Shown piece by piece: positions 27,688 to 40,600 of a DNA stretch of 64,000 nt. This DNA is from Eledone cirrhosa (Eukaryota). Under the pieces are notes generated by a model that saw only the letters and a program-made list of their open reading frames with translations, searched no databases and had not been told where the DNA came from. The stretch spans positions 27,900,001 to 27,964,000 of the forward strand of contig OZ024743.1 in assembly GCA_964016885.1 (NCBI GenBank), written 5' to 3'. Numbering within the stretch: the stretch's first letter is position 1; every line of letters starts with the position of its first letter. The translations under genes and the position numbers were made by a program.

Positions 27688-28196
27688 AAACGAGGAAGAA
27701 TATATTGAGAAAGATGGCACTAAGGAATACTGGTAGAACCTGAAAATAAAAACTGCCACCAAATTAAAGCACAGCCGGCCTGATATTGTTGTTTGGGACC
27801 GCACATTGAAAACGTGTTCTGTTGTGGAGATCAGCTGCCCACTTGATGTAAACGTTGTCAGAAAAATACAGGCGAAGGAGGACATCTACGGACCATTGAT
27901 GAGGAGTTTACAAATCCAGTATCCAAGATACACCTTTAGCTTCATACTCATCATTATTGGAGCTACGGGTTATTTACCAACCCGCTTGGACCAAAGTATG
28001 ACTGAACTTGGATTTGCGGACAAAGAGCGCAGCTCCCTAATTCATAGTCTACAAATGGCTGCGATAGCTGGCACCTTCAAAATTTGCAAAACATTCTTGC
28101 GATTCAAGGGATGAAAATTTCTTTTCTTTTACAACCTTGCCACCAGGAAGGTGGCCGGTCAAAAATATACTCGAAATTAAGAGAAAGAGAGAACAT
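27688..28196 (+). mobile_element. 5'-truncated second R4/Dong-like element (RLE domain and 3' UTR)
   Basis: HSRPDIVVWD...VVEISCPLD...KEDIYG...IIIGATG; (CATA)n on both sides. Confidence 0.88.
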
Positions 28197-28466
28197 GCAT
28201 ACATACATACATACATACATACATACATACATACATACATACATACATACAAGCATAGATTCATACATACATACATACATACATACATACATACATACAT
28301 ACATACATACATACATACATGTAGGGCAATAAGCCAGAAATTAGGTAATTGGATTCGTAGGCCGATGCATATATACATAGTGACAGCCAGACAGATAAAT
28401 ATATTGTTATACGATTCTAATAAAAAAGATAATACAAATAACATGAAACAATGGTACCTATATACC

Positions 28467-28586
<120 letters not shown>

Positions 28587-28603
28587 CTCTATTATATATA
28601 TAT

Positions 28604-28799
28604 AATGAAAGGATTGTGGTCAGGAACCAGATGGACCATAACGCACCAAAGTACTCAATACTTAGGGTAGTAGAGTGGGTAATAGGAACAATTATGTCCC
28701 CGACGGCAGAGCTCAACCCATTTCGACCGCTATTTCTGAGTCCAGAAATAGCCTTCGAAACGGCTTGAGCTTTGCCGTCGGGGTCATATTTGTTCCTAT
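28604..28799 (-). mobile_element. Fold-back mini-element family C, copy 2
   Basis: Palindrome 28682-28799 plus tail; reverse complement of 5653-5846; (TA)n flanks. Confidence 0.7.
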
Positions 28800-28827
28800 A
28801 TATATATATATATATATATAATGTCTC

Positions 28828-28869
<42 letters not shown>

Positions 28870-29071
28870 CTGGTATTAGGTTTGTTAACTAAATAAATAA
28901 ATTGTCCGACGATTGTACAAAATTGCAAGCAGTCAGCCGAGAGACTGACGAACTATTCGTTAACAAACTGTGATCATCTCAGAGTTAGATAATTTTATTT
29001 CAATGTGTCAGTTCTATTTGTATTTACGTTAGTAAGTTGACGCAAATTCCTCTTTACACACACACACACTA

Positions 29072-30010
29072 GAATGTCTTCAGGTGCTCACAGCCCTCGA
29101 ACAGTGGCGCTGCGATCGGTGGAAACTCCATATTGGCGATCTATAAAGGGTTAGTGGATGGAAAGAGAGACGACGTCCTTGGGGAGACCCTGGGCGTCGA
29201 TGAAAATCAATTAGCCAAACTCTTCGGGAGAACTTTCAGGCTAGGGCCCATGGATAACTTTCAGAAATCCCTGGGCTGGCACTGCTACCGAGGAGCTTTG
29301 CCAGTTTGGGATAAACTCTACAGACATGAAAGTGCCGTCAATCGGGCCTCTCCGAGGTTCGTGCAGGGCGACGAAACCGTCCTGTATACACTCATCGAGT
29401 GTCTGAGTATTGCTGACCTGTGGGTTTAAGTCGAGCACCTGCTGTTACGTGTAGGATGGATTCGACTATCAACTGAGTCCATTGTGAAGATCACCCCACC
29501 GTCCTCCTTTAGAGGGGAAGGACAGGAAGTTTTTATATGCCTGGGGGCCATGGCGAAAGAAGTCGTGTGGTGGACGCGTTTGAAAGGGTTGATGACATCT
29601 ATTTTCCTCTTTGACGAAGCCCTGATTACCTTTTCCAGATTTCACTTCAAGAGGAAAATGAGGGTGGAGAGGGAAGTGCTGCCTTCCAACCAGTTTGTTG
29701 AAAGGTAGGTGAGAGTAGCGAGCATGGTCCGTGTGAATGGGCATGCCTTGAGAACATGCCTGTAGACTGGAGCAGAAAGACTGGGAGAGGGCACTATGCC
29801 CTAGCGGACAGGGTGACCGTGGCTTTTGTGGTATTTCTACATGAGTGACCATTAGAGTCTTCCTCTTTGAGGAATTTGTTGTTTGTTTTAAATGTTTATT
29901 TTATTAGTCTCTTTTATAAATTTTATTTTACACAAAGAAAAACTCACACTGTATCGTCCTGTAACGCCTTTAATGTTTCCTTAATGTGAACCCTGTGTGG
30001 CTAATTAAGA
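29072..30010 (+). mobile_element. L1/Tx1-like LINE 3' fragment (zf-RVT-like region and 3' UTR)
   Basis: W...RGALPV.DKL...ETV...LIEC..IADLW pattern; GC-richer than flanks; contains stops. Confidence 0.7.
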
Positions 30011-31859
30011 AATCATTATTTATCAGAGAGGAAAGTCATAAGTGGCCTGAAGGAAATGGTGAATTCTTATACAATATAATAAAATGCAAATTGTGAGAAG
30101 AGAGGTAGGAAGGAGCGGCAATAAGAATATGGTATCAGGGGAAGTTATCGAATGTGTATGTGCGCGTGTGTGTGTATGTGTGTGAGAGGGGGGGGGGGGC
30201 ATATATATTACAAATATATATAAGCATACAATGAAATCATGAAAATGGGAGTTGATCAGAATACAAAATAAAACTAAATAAATGAATTAGTGTGGGATTA
30301 ATAAATACCCTACGATAAAATTATATGAACTAAAGTTAGAGTAAAAAGAAATTAAATCAAATACGTACAAAAATGAATAAAGACGTGTAGAGACAAATAA
30401 ATAAGTAAAAATGAAATATACCGCTGTCAACACAGAATAACATTTATGTACTTTATTGTTTTGATGGAAAGCTGATAAAGATGCACCGAAATGACAGCGT
30501 CTGTAGCACGTTGGATTTAAAATGCCTCATTATTTGTTTAGTCTCTTAAACTGGAATGACTCTTCCTGCGCGTCTCCCCCATCATCCTCCGAGGAAACAC
30601 CTTCTCCGCGGGACGGCCATTGCGTGGGTCCCTGTTAGCTCATAATAGTGAGAGATAGGTAGAACGAGAGAAACGGAGGCAGTGACAGTGGGAGTTTGGT
30701 TCTTTTGTGTTCAGGACCTTAACCTTTAAATGCAAATCCCCAACATGGCTCGCTTGTTTCACTGATTTAAAAGATCAGCTTTGTTTTTCATCATTTCGAG
30801 ATCGATAAATAAAACACCAGTCCAATATTGGAGTTTAATCCCTCTTTCTCAAGAAGAACTCAGGTGTGTTCCGACCTGGAGAGGGATGGGCTCAGCCAAG
30901 TTCAAATACATCCGAGACACGCTGTGTTGTGACGGGTCCACCACGACTTCTTCAGGCGTTAAGGTCCCTTTACCTTTACCTAAAGTTGATATCGGCCAAT
31001 TTACCTGCTTTCTTCAACGGGAAAATTAACATTTTTCTCACTCCCCACCCCATTGTTTGGCAACATTACGGTAGAATAAGGTGCCCCATTAATCGCTGTT
31101 GTTCTAGTCATTTAAGAAAGTGAAAACATTTACTGTTTAAAATATCGCAGCTGGTCCGTTTTTCATTCTTTTTTTTTTTACCAGCCTCAGTACCACATGG
31201 CAATTTTCACAAATACACCCATTCACACACGCATCAACACAATCTTTAGCACACATCTAAACATAAACAAACATTTAAACACACTCATAAATACACACAC
31301 ACTCACATACACACACACACACATACACACAGACCTGCGCATACACACTCGCGCACGCACAAACATTAACAATAAACCCAAATACACATGTGCGCCTAGA
31401 CACACACACACGCGCGGGCGCGGGCGCACACATACCCATAAAATCCCTTCAACGCACACACGCTAGAAAACACCCGCAACCGAACTAGTACAAACGCATA
31501 CAAACACACGCCCGAACACACACATATGCATATGCTTCAACGCAGCACACATCCAAACAGGCTCAGGCATCCATACACACGCTCATTGGGAATACACACA
31601 AAGACGCACATGTATAGGTGTAACTTCGTTCACCCGAGGATAACTTCACTTTTTCTTCTGCTCCTTTCATCACTCTCTGACTTTACCTCTACTATTTCTG
31701 CCACTTCTATCACCCCCTCAATTTCACCTGTTCTATTCCTGCCACTTCAATCAACTTCCTTAACATCTCCATTTTCACTGACCACTCCCATCGCTCTCTC
31801 ATCATCTCCGCCTTTTAAAGCCCAGTGATTTTCACTCCTACGATCTTGCCTTCCCCAAC

Positions 31860-32060
31860 CCAACCTACATGAAACACCCCATACCCTACTTCCAATGCAC
31901 AGTCTCCGGTGTCTATGAAGCCGAACTAATGGTTTTGAGACTCAAGCTCCATACATGGCTAGGTTATTCACTCAACGTGGATATCAACCCTACTCTGGTC
32001 CAAACCACCTTCATTTGCGCCAGTAAAGTTGACTGCACCACGCTCTCCACTAACTGAATA
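31860..32060 (+). mobile_element. Possible Penelope GIY-YIG C-terminal remnant
   Basis: EAELMVLRLKLHTWLGYSLNVD resembles the E..I..L.T....GLN end of PLE endonucleases; weak. Confidence 0.3.
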
Positions 32061-32769
32061 CCCTTACACCTCACCTACCACACTTCCACATTTCCTCTCA
32101 AGAGTAACGACATGGTATTACTAAACTCATCCAGTGATCTCCTACATGTACTTGATAGGTTTAATGCCAAGATCGACACGGTAAGAATGAAAATCAGTGA
32201 CTTTGTCACTAGATCTAAAGTTACTTATCTTTCATTTCCATATAACTCTACTATGAAGACAATGAATTGGCATAGTCGTTAGGACGTCAGATAGAATGCT
32301 TTGTAGTATTATTTCCGTCTTTCTGCGCTTTGAGTTCTAATCTCACTGAAGTCTACCTTACCTTTCATCCTTTCCAGTTCGATATAGTACTAATTCACTA
32401 CTGATGCCACCCACCTCCTTTCTTGGAAACATATGGGCTGTCCCCAGCCGAATAGAGATGACTTCTGACACAGTTGAATGCCCTTGTCACGCTGTATATA
32501 ATGACGGCGCTCCTATGACTCCATTAGGAGTTATGGATCCATTACATAATTTCTATATAAACAATTTTAACAACATGAGTTAGATTCCTGGGTGAGACCC
32601 TGTCCATTTGGTGCCTTTAACAGTGGATAGCTTCTTCCCTTCCTCTCCACAGTTAAGAGTCCCTGAAAAGACTGATGACTGCTGCCAATCCTGTTCTGAC
32701 AAAGCCATTAAAACTAAATACTTAAATAAATAAACTGATATACATATACATGCCAAAAGATCACATATA

Positions 32770-32897
<128 letters not shown>

Positions 32898-33500
32898 AAG
32901 GTACGTGGCTTGGTGGTTAGCGCGTTGGACTCACGATTATGTGGTCATGAGTTCAACTCTTGATCAAAATACTTTATTTCACGTTACACCTTCCGTCAGG
33001 AATTGCGACCGGCAGATAATATCGACAAAATGGAAAGACCACTGAAAAACATTGTCTAATTTGACGATCGGCATCCTTTATATATTCTAGCAGAAAAAAC
33101 ACCCTGCAGGTGGTTTTCTTCTAGCATGTGTAGTGTGTATATTGATATTATACACAGATATATATATGCATGTAAATATGATACATCAAATAAAATCGTA
33201 ATTGACAATATACACAGAAATTGAACAAAGCCTATGTTACACTGTCTTCTGTAATCAGTAATCCACGATATATTAAAAATAAACGACATTATATATAAAC
33301 TGCATTAGGAGAAAATTAGCGACGGAAATATATGCGATTATAAGTGTTATAATATAACGGCCGCTAACCGGAAGTGTTGACTTTTGATAATTTTAAAGAA
33401 GTGAATTTTAAAGATTAGGCTATAAAATATATTTAATCAACAGCCACGAAATTTAGCACATAAATTATGTAATAAATATTCACTCATTATTTATTGAAAA

Positions 33501-33680
33501 TGGCAGTATCAGTAGAGGGTCGGACGCCATGCTTTCCAGCATAGTTACGTCCCTTTACGATCTGAGTTCAAATCCCGCCGAGGTTGACTTTGCCTTTCAT
33601 CCTTACGGGGTCGATAAAATAAAGTACCAATAATGTTCTGGGTAATTGCTGGCCTTGTGCCTAAAGTAGAAACAATTATT
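33501..33680 (+). mobile_element. SINE with Deu/Nin-like core (young copy)
   Basis: Nearly identical to 1359-1547; TSD attatttattgaaa. Confidence 0.9.
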
Positions 33681-34041
33681 TATTGAAATTAATCCAACTT
33701 ATTTTACAAACGGGGTAAACAAATATATTCTGGACGCAATCCCGCAGCCCTTCCTTTATTATAATTAAGATAGTATATGTGAGAAAATAACGATTTTTTT
33801 TACTTTTAAAAATCCTTTTCACAATATAACAACAGGAGAAATGGTACTTATTTTATCGACATTAGTTGAATTTAAACTAAGAATGTATTGGTTGCGTTGA
33901 GTTTAGAATAATCTATTTCGGTGATCTCTTAAACATTTTGTTTAAAAACGATAGGGGAAAATAGAGTTGCTTCCCTTGAAAAATAATTTTGGTAGTTGTT
34001 CCCCTTGTTTGGTAACTTGTCTAGCTGCTTCACTTGAGACG

Positions 34042-36495
34042 ATTGACAGTATCAAGAGGGTCTGATGCCATGCTTTGCAGCATAGCGTTACGGTCCCTTA
34101 CGATTTAAGTTTAAATCCCGCCGAGATAAACTTTGCCTTTCATCCTTACGGAATCGATAAAATAAAGTACCAGTAATGCACTGGGATAATTGCTGGCTTT
34201 GTGCCAAAAGTAGAAACAATTATTTCCATATTACTTTCCGTTTTAATTTAATGACGAGGATCTCGAGTGTCTTTGATAATTATCAAAAAATTAATTCCAT
34301 CAATTATAATTGATGGAATTAATTTTTTGCCAAGTTATATACATGTTCTGCATCGTATGTGACACAATTTTATCTATATCAAAAGAATTTGTACTTCCTA
34401 GTTCTAATATGTATATTCTATATACGCCTTTTTCGTTTTGAGTTCAAATCCAGCTGAGGTCAACTTTGCCTTTTATCCTTCTGGAGTCGATAAAATAAAG
34501 TACCAGTTGAGTACTGAGGTCGATACAAACTACTTCCCCAAAATTGCTGGCTTTGTACTAATGTTAGAAATAATTATGCATATTTTATGTGTATGTTATT
34601 AGGGAGAACATAGAAATACGTAATTATATACATATAACTGTTAGATATTACACCAAAGTCTCTTCTCTTTACACAAAAAATATGCTTATTCACCTTATTG
34701 AAAATAAAGCATTAAAATCATACATTAGATTGCAAAAAAAAAAAAAGAAAAAATTAATTAAACTTACTAGTGTTTCCAAATATCTTTAAAAACATTTTTT
34801 TAAATGAAAATTGCTAAATGCTATTATTTGTATGCACTTACCTTGTATATAAATTTTAGTGGATAAATAATTGTTTCTAATTTTGGCACAAGGCCAGCAA
34901 ATACCACCAGAGCATTACTGGTACTTTATTTTATCGACCGACCTCGTATGGATGAATGGCAAAGTTAACCTCGGTGGGATTTGAAATCAGAACGTAAAGG
35001 ACCATAACTCTATGCTGCAAATCATGGTGTCTGACGCGCTACCGATACTGCCAATCCAATATCAATAATTATGTGTTGAAATTAGCAAAAGGAAGTATGA
35101 GGATTATGTTACTACATCTGTCAAAACTTTCATGCTTTCCAAGATTCGCCAACACTACACCTGATATTCCCCCTCCATACACACACATGCATGTATCTGT
35201 GTGTATATCATGACTCATACACTGTTCACTTTCCTGACATTTGTACATTGGACTGGCAGTATCGGACGCCATGCTTTGCAGCATAGAGTTACGACCCTTT
35301 ATGGTCTGAGTTCAAATCCCGCCGAGATTAACTTTGCTTTTCATCTTTACGGGGGTCGATAAAATAAAATACCAGTAATACAATGGGATAATTGCTATTA
35401 TACTATTATTATTGCAGCATAGAGTTAGGGCCCTTTATGGTCTCACTTCAAATCCCGCCGAGATTAACTTTGCCTTTCATCCTTACGGGGTCGATAAAAT
35501 AAAGTACCAGCAATGCACTGCTATAATTACTATTATACTATTATTATTGCAGATAGAGTTACGGCCCTTGCCATTCAAATCCCGCCGGGGTTAACTTTGC
35601 CTTTCATCCTTACGGGGTCGATAAAATAAAGTACCAGTAATGCGCTGGGTATTGCTGGCCTTGTGCCAAAAGTAGAAACAATTATTATAGGTGCAAGCAT
35701 GTCCTAATTGTTAAGTTTGCTTCACAACTATGTGGTTTTGTGGTCAGTTCCAATGTATGACACTAAACCTTGGATTTATTAATGATGCCATGTGAGAGAA
35801 ATTTTGAAGATAGAAACTGTGTAGAAACCCATCAAACATATACTATGTCCATGTACAGTGTGTTCGCTTTTTACGCGAAGTTGCGTTCGTGAACACGGCA
35901 CATAAAGCAAATTTGTGTAATTCAAGTCTAATTTTCTGATAGATAAAAAAATTAAAAGCCACACCCATTATAGCGCGGTATACAAAGTGAATATTTAATA
36001 TTTTTTCAAGACGTGTCAAAGCAAATTCACGCATTTCAAGCGAACAGACTGTATATGTTTATCAAATAATTGTTTCTACTTTGGGCACAAGGCCAGCAAT
36101 TATCACAGTGCATTACTGGTACTTTATTTAATCGACCCCATAAGGATGAAAAGCAAAGTTAACCTCGGCGGAATTTGAACTCAGATTATAAGGGGAGGTA
36201 ACTCTTTGCTGTAAAGCATGGCGTCCGATCCTGCCAATTCAAACAAATAATTGTTTCTATTTTTGGCACAAGACCAGCAATTATACCAGTGTATTACTGG
36301 GCTTTATTTTATCGACCCCATAAGGACAAGCAAAGTTAACCTCAGCGGGATTTGAACTGACCATAAAGGGCCGTAACTCTTTGCTGCAAAGCATGGCGTC
36401 AGACCCTCTACCCTCAAACAAATAATTGTTTCTACTTTTGGCACAAGGCCAGCAATTAACCAGTACATTACTGGTACTTTATTTTATCTACCCCG
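34042..36495. mobile_element. SINE cluster: 34042-34224(+), 34433-34575(+), 34867-35058(-), 35246-35687(+, internally triplicated), 36066-36495(-, three copies)
   Basis: Repeated consensus matches. Confidence 0.85.
35854..36053. mobile_element. Tc1/mariner-type MITE
   Basis: TA|CAGTGTGTTCGCTT...AAGCGAACAGACTG|TA TIRs; related copy at ~52322-52505. Confidence 0.75.
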
Positions 36496-37532
36496 CTGTT
36501 AGTTTGACAAATCATTATCATCGCTTAACATTCATTTTCCATGCTAGCAGTGGTTAGACAGGTTGTCCCGTTGCGAGCCTAGTCAGATCAGATGACTGAG
36601 TCTTGCTCACTCAGAACCGTTTCTGCAACTGACTTCCCTTCTTAATGCCAACCACATTACAGTGAGTCATAAGTCTGTATCGAACCCAGAGGCTCATCAG
36701 GCCACTACTTATCTCAGTTTCTGTGGCTTTAAGCAACTGAGAGTATAAGACTTCCCCCTGGACAGGATGCCAGTAAGGACTGGACACTTTTTGCTGTGAT
36801 ACCAACACAACCCCTTTACAGTGTAGGCAGGACACATTTATTGTGTCACCAAAATGCCTTGATCAATATTGGTATTGATAAATGAACTAAAACTTTTTCA
36901 AGTGGATACTCTAGCATGGCTTCAGTCCAATGACTGAAACCATTAAAGGAATAAATGGGTTGATCAAACATCTAGAATATAAATTTGTGTGGTTCCTTCA
37001 TAAACTTAGAAGGCCTTTCTTTTGTCTCTGTCTTTTCACTTGACTCCTAAATATATAGTATGAAACCCCACCACCCTACACATCATATTGGTTTTCTACT
37101 TGAGAATTACTAAATAAGACTGTAAGATGAATGTTGCTGTAAAACTACAGAAATATTAGACAACACCCAAGGTAATAGTGAATGCACAAGTCTTGATGGA
37201 ATTGTGCATTTAGCCTTGTAATTCTCATCCATTTTTAAGACAGTAATAATACTCATTTCAACTTTACATCATCTGATCAGTGAAGCCCAACAGATCTCAT
37301 CCCATTACATTTTTACATATCTTACACTGCTAAACGTATCTTCCACTGTCAACACAGCACATTTTCATCCATCATTCATTAACTGTCTGTTGTCTCTGCT
37401 ATATACTTCAGATGCCAATAATGTTCAGTTTCTCAGCTGTATATGTATCATGAGCCCATTCTCCAGACAGGAGACAATGATAAACAAACAAAAATAAATA
37501 AAACACAAAACAATATAATAAAAAATAAAATA

Positions 37533-37538
37533 TTTATT
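37533..37538 (-). terminator. Candidate NAT10 polyadenylation signal AATAAA
   Basis: AATAAA 3 nt after the stop codon, followed by a U/GU-rich tract on the minus strand. Confidence 0.55.
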
Positions 37539-37541
37539 GTA

Positions 37542-37632
37542 TCACTTATGTTTCTTGTGCTTTTTCACTTTTTTCGACTTTTTCTGGATACTATTGTCTT
37601 CTACCTCCTTCAGTTGACGCTTCTGTCTAATA
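37542..37632 (-). CDS. NAT10: NAT10 terminal coding exon (SIRQKRQLKEVEDNSIQKKSKKVKKHKKHK*)
   Basis: ttgcag| acceptor, phase fits, basic NLS/NoLS-like tail, TGA stop at 37542-37544. Confidence 0.88.
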
Positions 37633-40600
37633 CTGCAACAAACAAGGAGAAATATATCAGTGACTGCAATAGTTGTGGTTCTCTATAGATATTTATACAT
37701 GTTGTTATATATGAAGATAGCCAATACATGTGTGCGTGTGTGCCTATAGTATAATCCCGATGCAGAATCAGTGTGACCTGAGATGTGACAGTCCATGTAA
37801 CTGCCCTAAAAAGTTTCTGTACATTTAATTTCACACACCAGGTTTGTGTTAGTCTACCATATATACTTGATTATAAGCCGACCCCTTATTCTATGCCTGA
37901 GAAATGGGTACAAATCCAAACCCCATATATAAGCCAAAGCATCTAATCAAAACTTTATGATTAGATGGTGTGGTTTTAAAATTCTTATGAGTGGAGAATA
38001 TATTTATGAAGTTTTAACATTTTGATAGTTAAAATGTTTTAACCCTTTAGCATTCGCATTAATTTTCAAATGTTATGCTTATCTGTTTACATTATTATTC
38101 TGAGTTAATGGCGGTAGTATTGGTAGTATCGCTAGAGGGTCGGACGCCATGCTTTCCAGCATAGTTACGTTCCTTTACGATCTGAGTTCAAATCCCGCCG
38201 ACGTAGACTTTGCCTTTCATCCTTACGGGGTCGATAAAATAAAGTACCAGTAATGCACTGGTTAATTGCTGGCCTTGTGCCTAAAGTAGAAACAATTATT
38301 ATTTTGAGTTAATCATACTCAAGAGGGTTATCAATTTTATTTGTTTGTAATTTTCTTAATTTTCTATGTTCAGGCTTGAAATTTTGTCAGTAGATGTTTA
38401 AATATGAAGGTGGAAGACTTACGTAGATTAGAAAGAAACGAAGCCTGCATGCTCCGATGGATGTGTAATAGTAATATACGCGAACGGCAAAGCATAAATG
38501 AATTGAGAGAGAGAGAGACTGAGCATAAGAGGAATCAAATGCTGTGTGCAGGAGAGGTGGTTGCGTTGGTATGGACATGTGATGCGTATGAAGGATGACA
38601 GCTGCATAAAAAGATGCAGAGTACTAGAAGTCAATGGAAACCACAGAGTGGGGAGACCCAAGACCTGGGATGAGGTGATAAAAGCCGACCTTACCCAATT
38701 ACACCTCTCAAAGGCGATGACACACGACTGTGACCTCTGGCGTCACGCAGTAATACAGAGAACCCGACCTCCCAAGGGTACAAGCTGAAGCATATAGACA
38801 ATATGACCCTACACCCTCCCACTGCAAAGTGGCCGTGGAGGTGCCACGGCAAAAAAGCACCCAGCCCACACTGTAAAGTGGACGTGTAGGCGCCACAAAA
38901 AAAAAGCACCCAGCACTCATTGTAAATGAGGTTGGTGTTAGGAAGGGCATCCAGCTGTAGTAATCAAGCCAAAATCAGTTCCTGTATGAGCAAGGCATGG
39001 TCAGCCGATCAGACACTGCCCACAACAGGACAACCCGTCTAACCCATGCTAGCATGGAAGAACGGACGTAAAATGGTGATGATGATGATGATGATAAGGA
39101 TCACTAAACCTTATATCAGTGCTCCAGTAATTCCAGTCTTGGAAATTGTTATATACCGAACATAATATTTACGGTAAAAAATGCTTGCATTTCCACAGCA
39201 TCTCTCGGTTGCCAAACAGATCGGGTTTTCCTCGATTTGAAATCTGTTGTTGGGCATATCGATTAATCTCTTCTGCCACATCTTCGAAGAAAGTTTGTGG
39301 TAAAAACAAAAAGAAATAATCCAGTGCTTTAGCAACGGGAGCTAATGTGTGTATTTTGAATAAAATCGGGAACATATATTGGTGTGGTATTTTTCAACCA
39401 CGTTGCTGTAATATTTTCAATGGCGTCCTGGAGATCTCCCACATTTTCACTTTCAAAACAACAATCATCGTCAGATGAAATTTCAGAAATGTAACATCTG
39501 ATTAATTTGAAGATAAATCACTATTATCATCTTTTGTTTCTTGTTCATTCTGAATGTCGTCATGTGTAAAACCTTCAAAGTCGGTATTGCTATTTTCACA
39601 AGCCATGCTGATAACAAAAAATCTGTTCTACTTTCAACGTTAAAAAAACACGTGTTGTTTTAAGTTGTTTCACTATATTAAGTGTTAATTTTCATGGTAA
39701 GGGCCTAATCTCGCAGTAATCTCGAATTGACGAGATTTTGATGACGGTATTATTTATTTTTAGAACGATATTTTAGTGTGGGTGTTATCAGCCAGTTTCG
39801 GGCGGATTGAACAAATGAAGGGGAAATAATTTCAGCCGGTTTGAACACTAAAGGGTTAAGTGTCATTTAGAGTATAGCTCAACTCCATTACATACTGATT
39901 TTTCACAAATTTTAACCACTTTGAAGGCCATATTCATTAAAAAAGCTGTTGCCATGCAACTTAAAACATATATTAGATTGGTAATATTGTTTCGGTTACA
40001 AAAGCAGTATAATCAAATTTTGTAACAAGAAAAATCAAAGAAATATCATTTCTTCCTGTTCAACTCCTACTGTTTCTATAATAATGGGGAAAATCTTTTC
40101 AAAATCAATTATGTGACCATTTAACAGGATACTTTTTTGGAGAAGTCACCAAATTTCAAACCAAATCTGCTTCCTTTCAAAAGTTACGCACCCCCTCCTC
40201 ACTCCTTATCCCTATGATGGCCCCATCCCCACCCCAACCTAGGCACAATACGGTTAAAGCATAGTGTAATTGAATCCAGAACCACATGGCTTCAAAGCGA
40301 ATATGGTGCCTACCACAAGCACCCAATGTTAATACACTTTGCCTGTTAACATAAACTGGTAACATTGATATGGTGAATGATCTGTTTGGTTAAAGAGATC
40401 AAATACAATAATAGAGAGTTCATAAGAGATAGTTTTAGAGAGTAAGGATTGGGGAGGATTTTATAAAGTGTGAGGTCAAATCAGAGATCAAACTAGAGGA
40501 AAGACGAATGCATTAAAAATCTAGAAGACATTTTAGCTAGTCTGAGTGATGGAGTAATATAGTAAAGATATAGTTGAATCTGAATGTTAGATAGCAGTAG

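Noticed and set aside
30560-31030. GC-richer segment as an exon or promoter
   Set aside because: No spliceable ORF with homology; it ends in TACCTTTACCT, typical of a retroposon tail.
34700-34850. AATAAA plus A-run (retrocopy tail) and a nearby minus-strand AG|GTAAGT donor
   Set aside because: No TSD, coding remnant or partner splice site found; expected by chance in AT-rich DNA.
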